Source: Candidatus Kaftiobacterium secundum (GTDB taxonomy: Bacteria > Sysuimicrobiota > Sysuimicrobiia > Sysuimicrobiales > Kaftiobacteriaceae). From it: DNA of 64,000 bases. The position numbers and the translations under genes are program-made. Shown piece after piece: positions 9,597 to 22,762 of the stretch. Position 1 is the first letter of the stretch. Every line of letters begins with the position of its first letter. The stretch is from positions 257,350-321,349 of the forward strand of contig JAVKHY010000002.1 in the NCBI GenBank assembly GCA_031459765.1, written 5' to 3'. Below the pieces are notes generated by a model. The model made no database searches and was not told the origin of the DNA. It was given only the letters and a program-made list of their open reading frames with translations.

Positions 9597-10976
9597 CTAC
9601 GCCGGCAGCGGCTCGAAGCGGGCCAGGAAATGCCGCAGGGCGGGGGGTTCGGAGACGATCCGCAACCCACGCACCGTCTCGCGGCGGGCAAAAGTCGCGG
9701 CGGCGGTGGCGGCGACGACGGCCAAATGCGACTGGGTATAGACGCGGCGGGGAACGGCCAGGCGCACCAGTTCCAGGCGCGGGAAGCGCTCCTCCCCGGT
9801 GCGCGGATCCCGGCCGGCCATGACTGCGCCGATCTCGACGCCACGCACCCCGCCGTCTTCGTACAGCGCGCAGGCCAGGGCCTGTCCGGGGTACTGCCGC
9901 CGCGGGAGGTGGGGCAGGAAGCGCAGCGCGTCCAGGAAGACGGCGTGTCCGCCGATCGGCTCGACGATGGGAATCCCGCGCTCCAGCATCTGCCCGCCCA
10001 GCCACCGGACCTGGCCGATGCGCCAGGCCAGATAGTGCTCGTCGGTGACCTCGCGGAGACCCTGCGCCATCGCCTCCAGGTCCCGTCCGGCCAGCCCCCC
10101 ATAGGTGGGGAAGCCTTCGAAGAGAACGCCCCAGGGCGCGGCCTGCTCGTAGAGGGCGGGGTGGCGAAGGGCGAGAAAGCCGCCGATGTTGACCAGCGCG
10201 TCCTTCTTCCCGCTGAAGGTGCATCCGTCGGCCAGGTCACAGATTTCGCGGATGATCGAGGCCACGGACCGCCCGGCATATCCGGGCTCCTGTTCCTTGA
10301 TAAAGAAGGCGTTCTCGGCGATCCGGCAGGCGTCCAGGAAGAACGGCAGCCCGTGGCGGTCGGCCAGATTCCGCACCGCGCGCAGGTTGGCCAGCGAGAC
10401 CGGCTGCCCGCCGCCGCTGTTGCAGGTCACCGTCATGTGGAGGAAGGCCACCTGCTCGCGCCCCACGTCGCCGATCAGGGCCTCGGCCCTGGCGATGTCG
10501 AGGTCGCCTTTGAACGGGAGCCGGGCGGTCGGGTCGTGGATGGCTTCCACCGCCAGGTCGTCGGCGATCCCCCCGCGGTGCTCGATGTGGGCCCGGGTGG
10601 TGTCGAAATGCATGTTGCCGATGACGTGCTGGCCGGGACGCACCAACAGAATGCAGAGGATGTGTTCCGCGCCGCGGCCCTGGTGGGTGGGCAGGACGTG
10701 GGGGAAGCCGAAGAGATCCTCCACGGTCTCGCGCAGACGATAGAAGGAGCGGCTCCCGGCGTAGGCTTCGTCGCCCATCATCAGCGCCGCCCACTGGCGG
10801 TCGCTCATCGCGCCGGTCCCGCTGTCCGTGAGGAGGTCGATGCTGACGTCCTCGGCGCGCAGACGGAACAGGTTCCACCCGGCCTCCGCGAGCAGCCGGG
10901 CGCGCTCTTCCCGGGTCGTCCACCGGATCGGTTCGACGACCTTGATGCGGTAGGGTTCGGCGGGAGGAATCGTCAC
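9597..10976 (-). CDS. tnaA: tryptophanase / tyrosine phenol-lyase family beta-eliminating lyase
   Basis: 459 aa. N-terminal PYRIKVVEPI and overall similarity to PLP-dependent beta-eliminating lyases, with a lysine-containing SGKKD region. Confidence 0.8.
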   Translation of the reverse strand: MTIPPAEPYRIKVVEPIRWTTREERARLLAEAGWNLFRLRAEDVSIDLLTDSGTGAMSDRQWAALMMGDEAYAGSRSFYRLRETVEDLFGFPHVLPTHQGRGAEHILCILLVRPGQHVIGNMHFDTTRAHIEHRGGIADDLAVEAIHDPTARLPFKGDLDIARAEALIGDVGREQVAFLHMTVTCNSGGGQPVSLANLRAVRNLADRHGLPFFLDACRIAENAFFIKEQEPGYAGRSVASIIREICDLADGCTFSGKKDALVNIGGFLALRHPALYEQAAPWGVLFEGFPTYGGLAGRDLEAMAQGLREVTDEHYLAWRIGQVRWLGGQMLERGIPIVEPIGGHAVFLDALRFLPHLPRRQYPGQALACALYEDGGVRGVEIGAVMAGRDPRTGEERFPRLELVRLAVPRRVYTQSHLAVVAATAAATFARRETVRGLRIVSEPPALRHFLARFEPLPA

Positions 10977-11341
10977 CGGCGCGCCGCCATCACCCGCGCT
11001 GTGCGTGTCCCCCAGAAGATGGCCCAGGCGGCCAGGAAGGCCACGAGGCCCGCAAGCCGCGTCACGTTGATGATGGGCTGCACCTTGATCTTGCCGTCGA
11101 CCACCTCGACCAGGGCAATCGGCTCGACGCGCGCCATCCCTCCGCCCCCGCCGCCGCCGGGCACCTGGTCCCCCTCGCCCCTGGCGGGGCCCATGCCCCC
11201 GCCCATCCCGAAGGCATAGCGCATGGAGGCCACGGGGATCACGGTGCGGCCGTCGATGGAGATCGGCTCGCCGAAGACGGCGGAGATGCCCGTCCTGGTC
11301 TGCATCTCCGCAAACCGCTTCTGGAGCTCATCGAGAAACAT
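10973..11341 (-). CDS. ytfJ: YtfJ/GerW-family sporulation protein
   Basis: MFLDELQ...FGEPI..GRTVIPV... conserved core of DUF2085/GerW, with a Gly-rich internal linker. Stop overlaps the tnaA start. Confidence 0.5.
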   Translation of the reverse strand: MFLDELQKRFAEMQTRTGISAVFGEPISIDGRTVIPVASMRYAFGMGGGMGPARGEGDQVPGGGGGGGMARVEPIALVEVVDGKIKVQPIINVTRLAGLVAFLAAWAIFWGTRTARVMAARR

Positions 11342-11634
11342 CGACCTCCCCCTCTCCTCCCCCACCTTCTCCCGCCTGGGCGTCGGCATGGCTGTTCTCC
11401 TCCTGACACCAGGACGTACAGATCGGTCCCCAGGGCTTCCGCCTTCTGCAGATGCCCGTCAGGATCCTCGACACCACAGTGACATCATCTGCACAGATCT
11501 CAACGTCTACCCACTGGGTGCGCGGCCGCGGCGGCCATAGACACACGGGGGATCGCCTGGCGCACCGCCGGATCCTTCGATCGCAACAGCCACCCGGCGG
11601 CTGGATCGGCGGTGCGCATAGGGTGCGTCGGCAG

Positions 11635-15225
<3,591 letters not shown>

Positions 15226-15236
15226 GCGCCCCCCTC

Positions 15237-15896
15237 CTACGCCGCGCCCGTCTCCGCCTCAGGCAGCGGAGCCAGGTGCGTCACCTTGATCCCGTGCTCG
15301 CTCAGGGTCTGCACCAGGTGCAGCGGATACGGCGTGTCCACGCGGACGACCACCTGCCCGATGCCGTCCAGCGGATAGGCGGCCAGGCTGCGGATGTTGA
15401 CGTCGCAGTCGCGGATCGTCCGCACCACCTCTTCCAGGGCGCCGATGCGATCCTGGAGTTCGATGGTCAGGCGGGCGCCGCCCCGGCGCAGCCCCATCAA
15501 GTCGATAAAGGCGTCGAAGATGTCGCTCTCGGTGATCACGCCGATCACGCTCCCGCCCTCCACCACCGGCATCCCGCCGATCTTGTGCCGGCGCATCAGG
15601 ACCGCGGCCTCCTCGACCGTCGTGGAGGGGTCCACCGTGATGACGGTCTTCGTCATCACCTCGGCCACCGGCGCCTTCATCAGGAGGTAGGGGATCTCCC
15701 AGACCGTCAGCGAGGTGGCCGGCGAGGGCGAGGCGCGCATGAGATCGGTCCAGGTGACGATCCCGACCAGCCGGCGCCCTTTGACGATTGGCAGCCGGCG
15801 GATCCGCCGCTCCTTCATCAGCGCCAGCGCGTCATAGATCGAGGTCTTGGGCTCGACGGTGATGGCCGGTGCCGACATCCGGTCGCGCACGAGCAT
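15237..15896 (-). CDS. CBS-pair plus ACT-domain protein (AcuB-like)
   Basis: Two CBS motifs (RIRRLPIV..., HKIGGMPVVE...) followed by a C-terminal ACT-like segment. Confidence 0.65.
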   Translation of the reverse strand: MLVRDRMSAPAITVEPKTSIYDALALMKERRIRRLPIVKGRRLVGIVTWTDLMRASPSPATSLTVWEIPYLLMKAPVAEVMTKTVITVDPSTTVEEAAVLMRRHKIGGMPVVEGGSVIGVITESDIFDAFIDLMGLRRGGARLTIELQDRIGALEEVVRTIRDCDVNIRSLAAYPLDGIGQVVVRVDTPYPLHLVQTLSEHGIKVTHLAPLPEAETGAA

Positions 15897-16003
15897 GGCA
15901 CACCCTCCTCACATCCACCGCTGGCTTCACACTACCCCCGCCCTGCCACGGGAGGCATCGGGCCCAGGCCTTATTTGGCCGTCAGGCCCGGCCTGAGCTG
16001 CCT

Positions 16004-16423
16004 CTAAGCACCGCCGAAAGTCGGCTCCGGGGCTGAGGCCGGGCCCATTCCTCCGGCCAGACGTTCCGCCCGGCCGGCCGGGCGATCGAAGAGGACGATC
16101 TCGTAGGTCAGGGCCGCCGTGGGCCGGAGCATCGCGGCCACCGAGCAGTACTTCTCCTGGGAGAGCCGGACGGCGCGTTCCACCTGCCGGGGGGTCAACC
16201 CTTTCCCCCGCACCTCATAGCGAAGGTGGATTCTGGTGAAAACCTTGGGATGCGTCTCGGCGCGCTCGCCGGTGACGGTGATCGTGAGCCCTTCCAGCGG
16301 CGCGCGCATCTTCTCCAGGATCCCGACCACATCGGCCCCGGTGCACCCGCCCAGGGCGATGAGCAGGGTCTCCATGGGCGTTGGAGCGCTGCCCTCTCCC
16401 CCCGCGTCCGGCCGCGTGTCCAT
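16004..16423 (-). CDS. OsmC/Ohr-family peroxiredoxin-like protein
   Basis: LLIALGGCTG...KYCSV motif pair typical of the OsmC family. Start approximate. Confidence 0.6.
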   Translation of the reverse strand: MDTRPDAGGEGSAPTPMETLLIALGGCTGADVVGILEKMRAPLEGLTITVTGERAETHPKVFTRIHLRYEVRGKGLTPRQVERAVRLSQEKYCSVAAMLRPTAALTYEIVLFDRPAGRAERLAGGMGPASAPEPTFGGA

Positions 16424-16513
16424 CGGCACGACGGCCGGCGTCGGGCTGCACCCCTCGAATCGCCGCCGACCGATCCAGCTGGTCGTGACGGACCACGCAC
16501 TCACGGCGAGGCG

Positions 16514-17185
16514 TCAGGCCGCCACCGCCACTCCGGCGTCGCGCAGGATCGCCTCGGTGTGACTCGTCCCGATGACGTCCGCGCCGGCCTGGAGCAGGGC
16601 CAGGGCATCGGCGTAGGTCTTGATCCCCCCCGCGGCCTTGATCTTCATTCCCCGGGGCAGGATGCGGCGCAGCAGGGCCACGTCGGCGGCGGTGGCGCCC
16701 CTGGGCGCGAACCCCGTGCTGGTCTTCACGTAGGCCGCGCCGGCCCGGGCGGCGAGCCGGCAGGCCAGGCGCTTCTCCGCATCCGTGAGGTAGGCGGTCT
16801 CGATGATGGCCTTCACCGGTCGGCCCTCCGCCGCCTCAACCACGCTGCGGAGGTCGAAGAAAACTGTCCCCGTCTGCCGCCCGCGCAGAGCCCCGATGTC
16901 GATGACCACGTCGATCTCGTCGGCGCCGTGGGCCACGGCCTGCCGCGTCTCCGCCACCTTGGTGGCCGTCGTGCTCCCTCCGTGGGGGAACCCGACCACG
17001 GCGACGGTCTTGATCCCGGTCCCGAAGAGCTGCCGGGCCGCCTCCGCCACGTGGCAGGGTTTCACGACCAGCGCGCGGACCTTCCACCGCGTGGCCACCT
17101 GCACCCCTGCCTCCAGGTCCTGCCTCGTGGCCTGCGGGGCCAGCACCGCATGTTCAAGACGGGCGGCCAGCTCGCTGGCATCCAT
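16514..17185 (-). CDS. deoC: deoxyribose-phosphate aldolase
   Basis: IDHTLL-like N-terminus, active-site lysine region KTSTGF, ~224 aa. The ORF-table extension upstream of the ATG at 17185 is rejected. Confidence 0.8.
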   Translation of the reverse strand: MDASELAARLEHAVLAPQATRQDLEAGVQVATRWKVRALVVKPCHVAEAARQLFGTGIKTVAVVGFPHGGSTTATKVAETRQAVAHGADEIDVVIDIGALRGRQTGTVFFDLRSVVEAAEGRPVKAIIETAYLTDAEKRLACRLAARAGAAYVKTSTGFAPRGATAADVALLRRILPRGMKIKAAGGIKTYADALALLQAGADVIGTSHTEAILRDAGVAVAA

Positions 17186-17190
17186 GCCGA

Positions 17191-17889
17191 TCACCTCGCT
17201 GGCGGCCAGGGCGCGGCCAGGGTCACGTCGCGGTCGTCGTATTCGAAGGTCAGGCGGTTCTCCACGGCGACGACGCCGTCGAGGGCGGCGACCCACCGGC
17301 CGGCGAGTTCGCGCTCCGACCGGCGTTCCACCGTCCCCTCCAGCGTGACGACCCCGTCGCGCACCGCGACCGTAATCCTGTGGACATCCAGCCACAGGTC
17401 GTGCAGAAGCGCCTCGCGCACCGCCCGGGCCAGTTCCTCATCGTCCCGGGTGAGGGCGCGCAGGACGTCGGCGCGGCTGACAATGCCGACGAGCCGGCCG
17501 TCGCGGATCACCGGCACCCGGTTGATCCTGCGGCGCACCATGAGGGCGGCCACTTCGCGGAGCGGCGTTGCTTCCCCGACGGTGACGACAGGAGCGGTCA
17601 TGACGTCCTGTGCCCTCACCCCTTCGGCCTTGCGCACCGCCTCGGCCGCGCGCCCGAGGGGAAGCAACCCGCGCCGGGGACGGCCGCCCTCGGATTCGGG
17701 GGGTGTCTCCTTGTACAGGAGGTCGGCCTCGGTGACGATGCCGACCAGTTCCCCGGTCAAGGTCACCACGGGCAGGCCGCTGACCCGGTGGGTGAGCATC
17801 AGGCCGGCCACCTCTTTGACCGGCGTCTCCGGGCGGACGGTGATCACCTGGCGTGTCATGACGTCGCGCGCGCACAGTCGCCCGATCAT
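17191..17889 (-). CDS. CBS-pair plus BON-domain protein
   Basis: Two CBS motifs, then a C-terminal VAVRDGVVTLEGTV...VAALDGVVAVENRL segment resembling a BON domain. Confidence 0.6.
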   Translation of the reverse strand: MIGRLCARDVMTRQVITVRPETPVKEVAGLMLTHRVSGLPVVTLTGELVGIVTEADLLYKETPPESEGGRPRRGLLPLGRAAEAVRKAEGVRAQDVMTAPVVTVGEATPLREVAALMVRRRINRVPVIRDGRLVGIVSRADVLRALTRDDEELARAVREALLHDLWLDVHRITVAVRDGVVTLEGTVERRSERELAGRWVAALDGVVAVENRLTFEYDDRDVTLAAPWPPAR

Positions 17890-18359
17890 GCGGCGTGCAC
17901 CTCCGTCGTCCTCAGTTCCTCCAGCGCGGCGAGGGGGACGATCAACACCGGCGTGCGGGCGTGGCGGAGGACCTCCTCGGCCACACTGCCCTCAAGCGCC
18001 CGGCGCAGCCCCGTGCGCCCGTGTGTGGCCATGACGATCAGCGCGGCCCGCTCCTGCCCGGCACGGTCGAGGATCGCCTCCGGCACCGACCAGCTTTCCG
18101 CCACCTCGCAACGCACGCGGCCGGCCGGCAGGCCGGCCCGGTCGGCCTGGAACCGCATCTCGGCTTTCAGGTTGGCCACGTATTGATCCACCGGCATCCC
18201 GGTCTCGCGATGGACCTCCAGGTAGTCCTCCGGCGAGTAGACGTGCAGGGCCACGATCTCGGCGTCCGGGCCGCCCAGACGTCGGGCGACCGCGAACAGC
18301 CCGGCCGCCTGCGAAGAGAGATCCGTGGCGACGAGAATGGGCCGTCCACCCTCTCCCAT
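17886..18359 (-). CDS. universal stress protein (UspA family)
   Basis: ILVATDLS...ALHV...LIVMATHGRTGL..GSVAEEVLRHARTPVLIV signature. ATG at 18359. Confidence 0.7.
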   Translation of the reverse strand: MGEGGRPILVATDLSSQAAGLFAVARRLGGPDAEIVALHVYSPEDYLEVHRETGMPVDQYVANLKAEMRFQADRAGLPAGRVRCEVAESWSVPEAILDRAGQERAALIVMATHGRTGLRRALEGSVAEEVLRHARTPVLIVPLAALEELRTTEVHAA

Positions 18360-18921
18360 ACCGGTCACGCTCCCGGTGGCGCGCTCTTGCCCAGTGCCCA
18401 GCATACGCCCCCTCCCGGGAGGGGCCCATCGGGCGCGGGCCGGATTGGCCGGTCCGTTTTGGGACTGAACCGGAAATCGGCCCGGGCCGGCGAATCCACT
18501 GCGTGGCATGGGGAGGGCCCGGCAGCGGCGATGTCCCTGAAGAAGACGGTCGGCCTGAGTACTACCGGGTTCCGGTCGGAACACCTGCCGCGGCGGGCAG
18601 ATAAACTGCGGACAGACACGAAGGAGGAGCGCTTGCTTTCTCCAGCTTTTCACCGTCTTCCACCGCGCCGCCGGTTTCTACCGCCTGTTGGTATCCTCCG
18701 GGATTACTCCCGGAGTAATCGCGAGGCTCTCGAAGTCCACGTGCGCGGTATTTGAATCGGCTACTTTGCTGTTAGGCTTGCGCTCCTCCTGCTCCTTACC
18801 CTACGCGCCTTGGCCCTTCCGGTCAATCCTGAACATCTGTTCACGCCGAAAGCCGGACGCCCCCCTGCCTTGTGTTGTGGCAACCGGGGCCAGGGGACGG
18901 TACACTGGGAAGGAGGGTGCC

Positions 18922-19470
18922 GTGGACCTGCCCCGATTGCTGAAGCGTTATCCGCGCCCCGCCGAGCTCCGCGACGGCACGACCGTCATCCTGCGGCCTC
19001 TCGTGGCCGCGGACGAACCGGCGCTGGTGGACCTCTTCAGGGGGATCCCTGCGGACGAGGTCGTCAATCTCCGGGACAACGTGGCCGAACCCGCCGTGAT
19101 CCGGGCCTGGTGCCGCCACATCAACTACGAACGGGTCCTGCCCATCGTGGCCGAGGCCAACGGCGTCATCGTCGCCGATGCCACCCTCCACCGCCGCCGG
19201 GTGGGGCTCCTGCGCGACGTCGGACGGCTGCGCGGCTACGTGCACCCCCGCTACCGCCGGCGGGGCCTGGGCGCCGTCCTCCTGCACGAACTCCTCGAGG
19301 TCGGCCGGCTGCTCGGGCTGGCCCAGGTGGTTGTCGAACTGGTTGAGGACCAGCACGTGCTGGTGCAGATGTTCCGGCGCTACGGGTTCCGCATCGACGG
19401 GCACCTCCCCGTCTACCACATGGTCATCCTCGTCCGCGATATCGCCCCGGCCCAGCGGGCCACGGCGTGA
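18922..19470 (+). CDS. GNAT-family N-acetyltransferase
   Basis: RRRGLGAVLLHEL acetyl-CoA binding motif. GTG with RBS AGGAGGG; the upstream low-complexity extension is rejected. Confidence 0.6.
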   Translation: MDLPRLLKRYPRPAELRDGTTVILRPLVAADEPALVDLFRGIPADEVVNLRDNVAEPAVIRAWCRHINYERVLPIVAEANGVIVADATLHRRRVGLLRDVGRLRGYVHPRYRRRGLGAVLLHELLEVGRLLGLAQVVVELVEDQHVLVQMFRRYGFRIDGHLPVYHMVILVRDIAPAQRATA

Positions 19471-19483
19471 CGGAGGCCAGGTC

Positions 19484-19942
19484 GTGACGGCCCAGGTCGC
19501 TCCCCGGCGCATCCTCGTCCCCACCGACTTCTCCCCCGGGGCGGAAGGCGCGCTGGCCTGGGCCCAGGCGCTGGGATCGGCCTTCGGCGCCGAGGTGGTG
19601 CTGTTGCACGTGCTGGACCTCAGCATCGCCGCGCTGGCGGGGTTTCCCAGCAGCCTGGCCATGGTCCCCGCGGCGGGCGAGCTGCTCGACCGCATTCGGG
19701 GGGAGACCGCCCGGGAGATGGCCAACCTCGCCGCCCGCCTGCCCGGCGCCCGTTCCATCATCCGGGAGGGGACCCCGCGCACGGTGATCCTCGAGGTGGC
19801 CGGCGAAATCCAGGCCGACCTCATCGTGATGGGCACCCACGGACGCACGGGCCTGACCCATCTGTTCTTCGGCAGTGTCGCCGAGCACGTCGTCCGGCAC
19901 AGCCGCATCCCCGTCCTCATCGTCCGGCAGCGCAGCGATTGA
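19484..19942 (+). CDS. universal stress protein (UspA family)
   Basis: RILVPTDFS...LLHV...LIVMGTHGRTGL..GSVAEHVVRHSRIPVLIV. Confidence 0.75.
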   Translation: MTAQVAPRRILVPTDFSPGAEGALAWAQALGSAFGAEVVLLHVLDLSIAALAGFPSSLAMVPAAGELLDRIRGETAREMANLAARLPGARSIIREGTPRTVILEVAGEIQADLIVMGTHGRTGLTHLFFGSVAEHVVRHSRIPVLIVRQRSD

Positions 19943-19961
19943 CGCGGCGGCCGCGATCCGC

Positions 19962-20135
19962 TAGGCTCTGTCCCGAAGGGGAGTAGCCGCGGGCGTCTAT
20001 CCCGCTGGTCGGGCCGTCAGCACGATCACGAAGGTGATCCGGCCCGTCCACCCATGTCCTGCGGGGGCGAGACCTTCGCCTGACCGTCCATCACGGCGAG
20101 GGCCTCGCCCCTTTTGTGTCGGCGACCCTCCCCCA
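19962..20135 (+). promoter_or_regulatory. probable yybP-ykoY (Mn2+) riboswitch leader of terC
   Basis: GGGGAGTAGCC near the 5' end, and TTGTGTC plus GAGACC in the 3' half, match conserved yybP-ykoY elements. Lies immediately 5' of a TerC-family gene, a classic regulon member. Confidence 0.5.
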
Positions 20136-20152
20136 GGAGGTTGACGCACTCC

Positions 20153-21142
20153 ATGTCGTCGATCGGCACCCCCCTGTTGTGGGCCGCGTTCCTCCTCTTC
20201 GTCGCGGCGATGCTCGCCCTCGACCTCGGCGTCTTCCACCGGCGGGCCCATACTATCCGTCCCCGCGAAGCGCTGGGCTGGAGCATCTTCTGGATCGTCC
20301 TGGCCCTGGTGTTCGCCGTCGGGATGTGGCGCTGGTTCGGCCCGCAGCGCGGGCTCGAGTTCCTGACCGGCTACCTGATCGAGAAGGCCCTCAGCGTGGA
20401 CAACATCTTCGTCTTCCTCGTCATCTTCTCGTACTTCGGGGTGCCCACCGCCTACCAGCACCGCGTCCTGTTCTGGGGCATCGTCGGCGCCGTCGTCTTC
20501 CGCCTGGCCTTCATCCTGGCCGGGGCGGCCCTGCTCGCCGCCTTCCACTGGATCATCTATGTCTTCGGAGGCCTGCTCATCGTCACCGGCCTGCGCATGC
20601 TGCGCAGCGGCGAGGAGGTCCATCCTGAGCGCAACCGTCTGGTGGGGCTCGCCCGGCGGCTTCTGCCTGTGGTCCCGCGCTATCACGGCGCGGCGTTCTT
20701 CGTGCGCGAAGGCGGGCGCCGGGCGGCGACGCCGCTGATGATCGCCCTGCTCACCGTGGAGGCGACCGACATCGTGTTCGCCGTGGACTCCATCCCCGCC
20801 ATCTTCGCCATCACCACGGACCCGTTCATCGTCTTCACCTCCAACCTCTTCGCCATCCTGGGGTTGCGCGCGCTGTACTTCCTGCTGGCCGGCCTGCTGC
20901 ACCGCTTCCACTACCTCAAGGTGGGGCTCAGCCTGGTCCTGGTCTTCGTGGGACTGAAGATGCTGATCAGCCCCGTCCTGAGGATCCCGATCGTGCTCTC
21001 CCTGGGCGTGGTGGCGTTGCTGATCGGGGTCTCCGTGGCGGCGTCGCTGCTGCGCAGGCCGCCGCTCCCGGGCCCGGTGCCCGTGGGGGAACCCTCTGCG
21101 GCGCCCTCGTCATCCTGGACGCCGCAGGACCCCGTCGGGTAG
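20153..21142 (+). CDS. terC: TerC-family membrane protein (Alx/MntP-like putative Mn exporter)
   Basis: Multi-TM protein with a duplicated ...DNIFVF.../...DSIPAIFAIT... TerC signature. ATG with RBS CAGGAGG. Confidence 0.8.
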   Translation: MSSIGTPLLWAAFLLFVAAMLALDLGVFHRRAHTIRPREALGWSIFWIVLALVFAVGMWRWFGPQRGLEFLTGYLIEKALSVDNIFVFLVIFSYFGVPTAYQHRVLFWGIVGAVVFRLAFILAGAALLAAFHWIIYVFGGLLIVTGLRMLRSGEEVHPERNRLVGLARRLLPVVPRYHGAAFFVREGGRRAATPLMIALLTVEATDIVFAVDSIPAIFAITTDPFIVFTSNLFAILGLRALYFLLAGLLHRFHYLKVGLSLVLVFVGLKMLISPVLRIPIVLSLGVVALLIGVSVAASLLRRPPLPGPVPVGEPSAAPSSSWTPQDPVG

Positions 21143-21186
21143 CATCGAAGGTGGCTCGACAACAGAGCGAGACCGCCGGGGGAGCC

Positions 21187-22455
21187 ATGGCCCACGCCAA
21201 GATCGCCGTGACGCGGGAGAATCCCTGGGAGATGGCGCTGCGGCAATTCAACCGCGCTGCAGACCACCTCCCCCTCAAGCGCGGCATCCGCGACTTCCTC
21301 GTCTATCCCCACCGCGAACTCACCGTCAACTTCCCGGTGAAGATGGACGACGGCTCGGTGCGCATCTTCACCGGCTACCGCGTCCACCACAGCACGGTGC
21401 TGGGCCCCACCAAGGGCGGCCTCCGGTACGCCCCCCAGGTGGACCTGGACGAGGTCCGGGCCCTGGCCATGTGGATGACCTGGAAGTGCGCGCTCATGCA
21501 CCTCCCCTACGGCGGCGCCAAGGGCGGCGTCGCCGTGGACCCGACGGCGCTCTCCCCGGCCGAGCTGGAGCGCCTGACCCGGCGCTTCGCCACCGAGATC
21601 AGCGTGGTCATGGGTCCCCAGAGCGACATCCCTGCCCCCGACGTAGGCACCAACGAGCAGATCATGGCCTGGGTCATGGACACCTACAGCATGCACCGCG
21701 GCCACTCCGTGCCCGCCGTCGTGACCGGCAAACCGGTCAGCATCGGCGGCTCGGCGGGGCGGCGTGAGGCTACCGGTCGGGGCGTGATGATCGTCGCGCG
21801 GGAAGCGGCACGGCGGTGGGAGCGACCCTTCGCCGGCGCCTCCGTGGTCGTGCAGGGCTTCGGCAACGTCGGTTCGGTAGCCGCCACGTTGCTCCACGAT
21901 CAGGGCTGCCGGATCGTCGCCCTGAGCGACATCCACGGCGGCGTCTACAACCCCCGGGGCCTCGACCCGCGGCGGGTGCTGGCCCACGTCCGGGACACCG
22001 GACGCATCGCCGGCTTCCCGGAGGGGGAAGCCGTCACGAACCAGGAACTCCTGGAGCTACCCTGCGACATCCTCGTCCCCGCGGCCATCGAGGGCCAGAT
22101 CACCCGCGCCAACGCCTCGCGGATCCAGGCGAAGATCGTCGTCGAAGGCGCCAACGGTCCCACCACCCCCGACGCCGACGACATCCTCACCGACCGCGGC
22201 GTCCTCGTCGTCCCCGACATCCTGGCCAACGCCGGCGGGGTGATCGTCTCCTACTTCGAGTGGGTCCAGGACCTCAGCTCGCTGTTCTGGAGCGAGGAGG
22301 AGATCACCGCGCGCCTGGAACCCATCATGATCAACGCCTTCGACCGCGTCGTCCGCACCGCGCAGGAGCATGAGGTCGATCTGCGCACCGGCGCGATGAT
22401 CTGCGCCGTGCGCCGTGTCGCCGACGCGCTGATGACGAGGGGCATCTACCCCTGA
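21187..22455 (+). CDS. gdhA: glutamate dehydrogenase (Glu/Leu/Phe/Val dehydrogenase family)
   Basis: GGAKGG catalytic-lysine motif, GFGNVG Rossmann, ~422 aa. Confidence 0.85.
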   Translation: MAHAKIAVTRENPWEMALRQFNRAADHLPLKRGIRDFLVYPHRELTVNFPVKMDDGSVRIFTGYRVHHSTVLGPTKGGLRYAPQVDLDEVRALAMWMTWKCALMHLPYGGAKGGVAVDPTALSPAELERLTRRFATEISVVMGPQSDIPAPDVGTNEQIMAWVMDTYSMHRGHSVPAVVTGKPVSIGGSAGRREATGRGVMIVAREAARRWERPFAGASVVVQGFGNVGSVAATLLHDQGCRIVALSDIHGGVYNPRGLDPRRVLAHVRDTGRIAGFPEGEAVTNQELLELPCDILVPAAIEGQITRANASRIQAKIVVEGANGPTTPDADDILTDRGVLVVPDILANAGGVIVSYFEWVQDLSSLFWSEEEITARLEPIMINAFDRVVRTAQEHEVDLRTGAMICAVRRVADALMTRGIYP

Positions 22456-22458
22456 CGG

Positions 22459-22689
22459 TCACTCCCTCGCGGCCCGGATCTTCGTCCCGCGGAATGGCCC
22501 CCCGAACAGCGGGGCGAACAGGCAGACATCGAAGAGACCGGCCAGCAGGGGGACGACCCCGACGACGGTCACCACGATCCCCGCGGTGCCCCTGAGCCCC
22601 AGCAGCCCCCAGCCCATCAGCGCCAGACCCGCGACGATGCGGACCAGGCGACCGGCGGCCGAGGCCATGAACCTGACGAACGGATTCAT
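22459..22689 (-). CDS. small membrane protein, DUF2892/YgaP-like
   Basis: 76 aa, two hydrophobic helices, GWG...G pattern. Confidence 0.4.
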   Translation of the reverse strand: MNPFVRFMASAAGRLVRIVAGLALMGWGLLGLRGTAGIVVTVVGVVPLLAGLFDVCLFAPLFGGPFRGTKIRAARE

Positions 22690-22762
22690 CTTCTCCTCCC
22701 CCCTTCAAACCTGCTGCTCATCCTCATGATGGGACAGGGAGGAGTCCCTGTCGGTGACAAGG

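Noticed and set aside
22455-22520. Possible intrinsic terminator after gdhA (CGCGGCCCGGATCTTCGTCCCGCGG)
   Set aside because: Imperfect stem and no downstream U-tract; cannot be supported from sequence alone.
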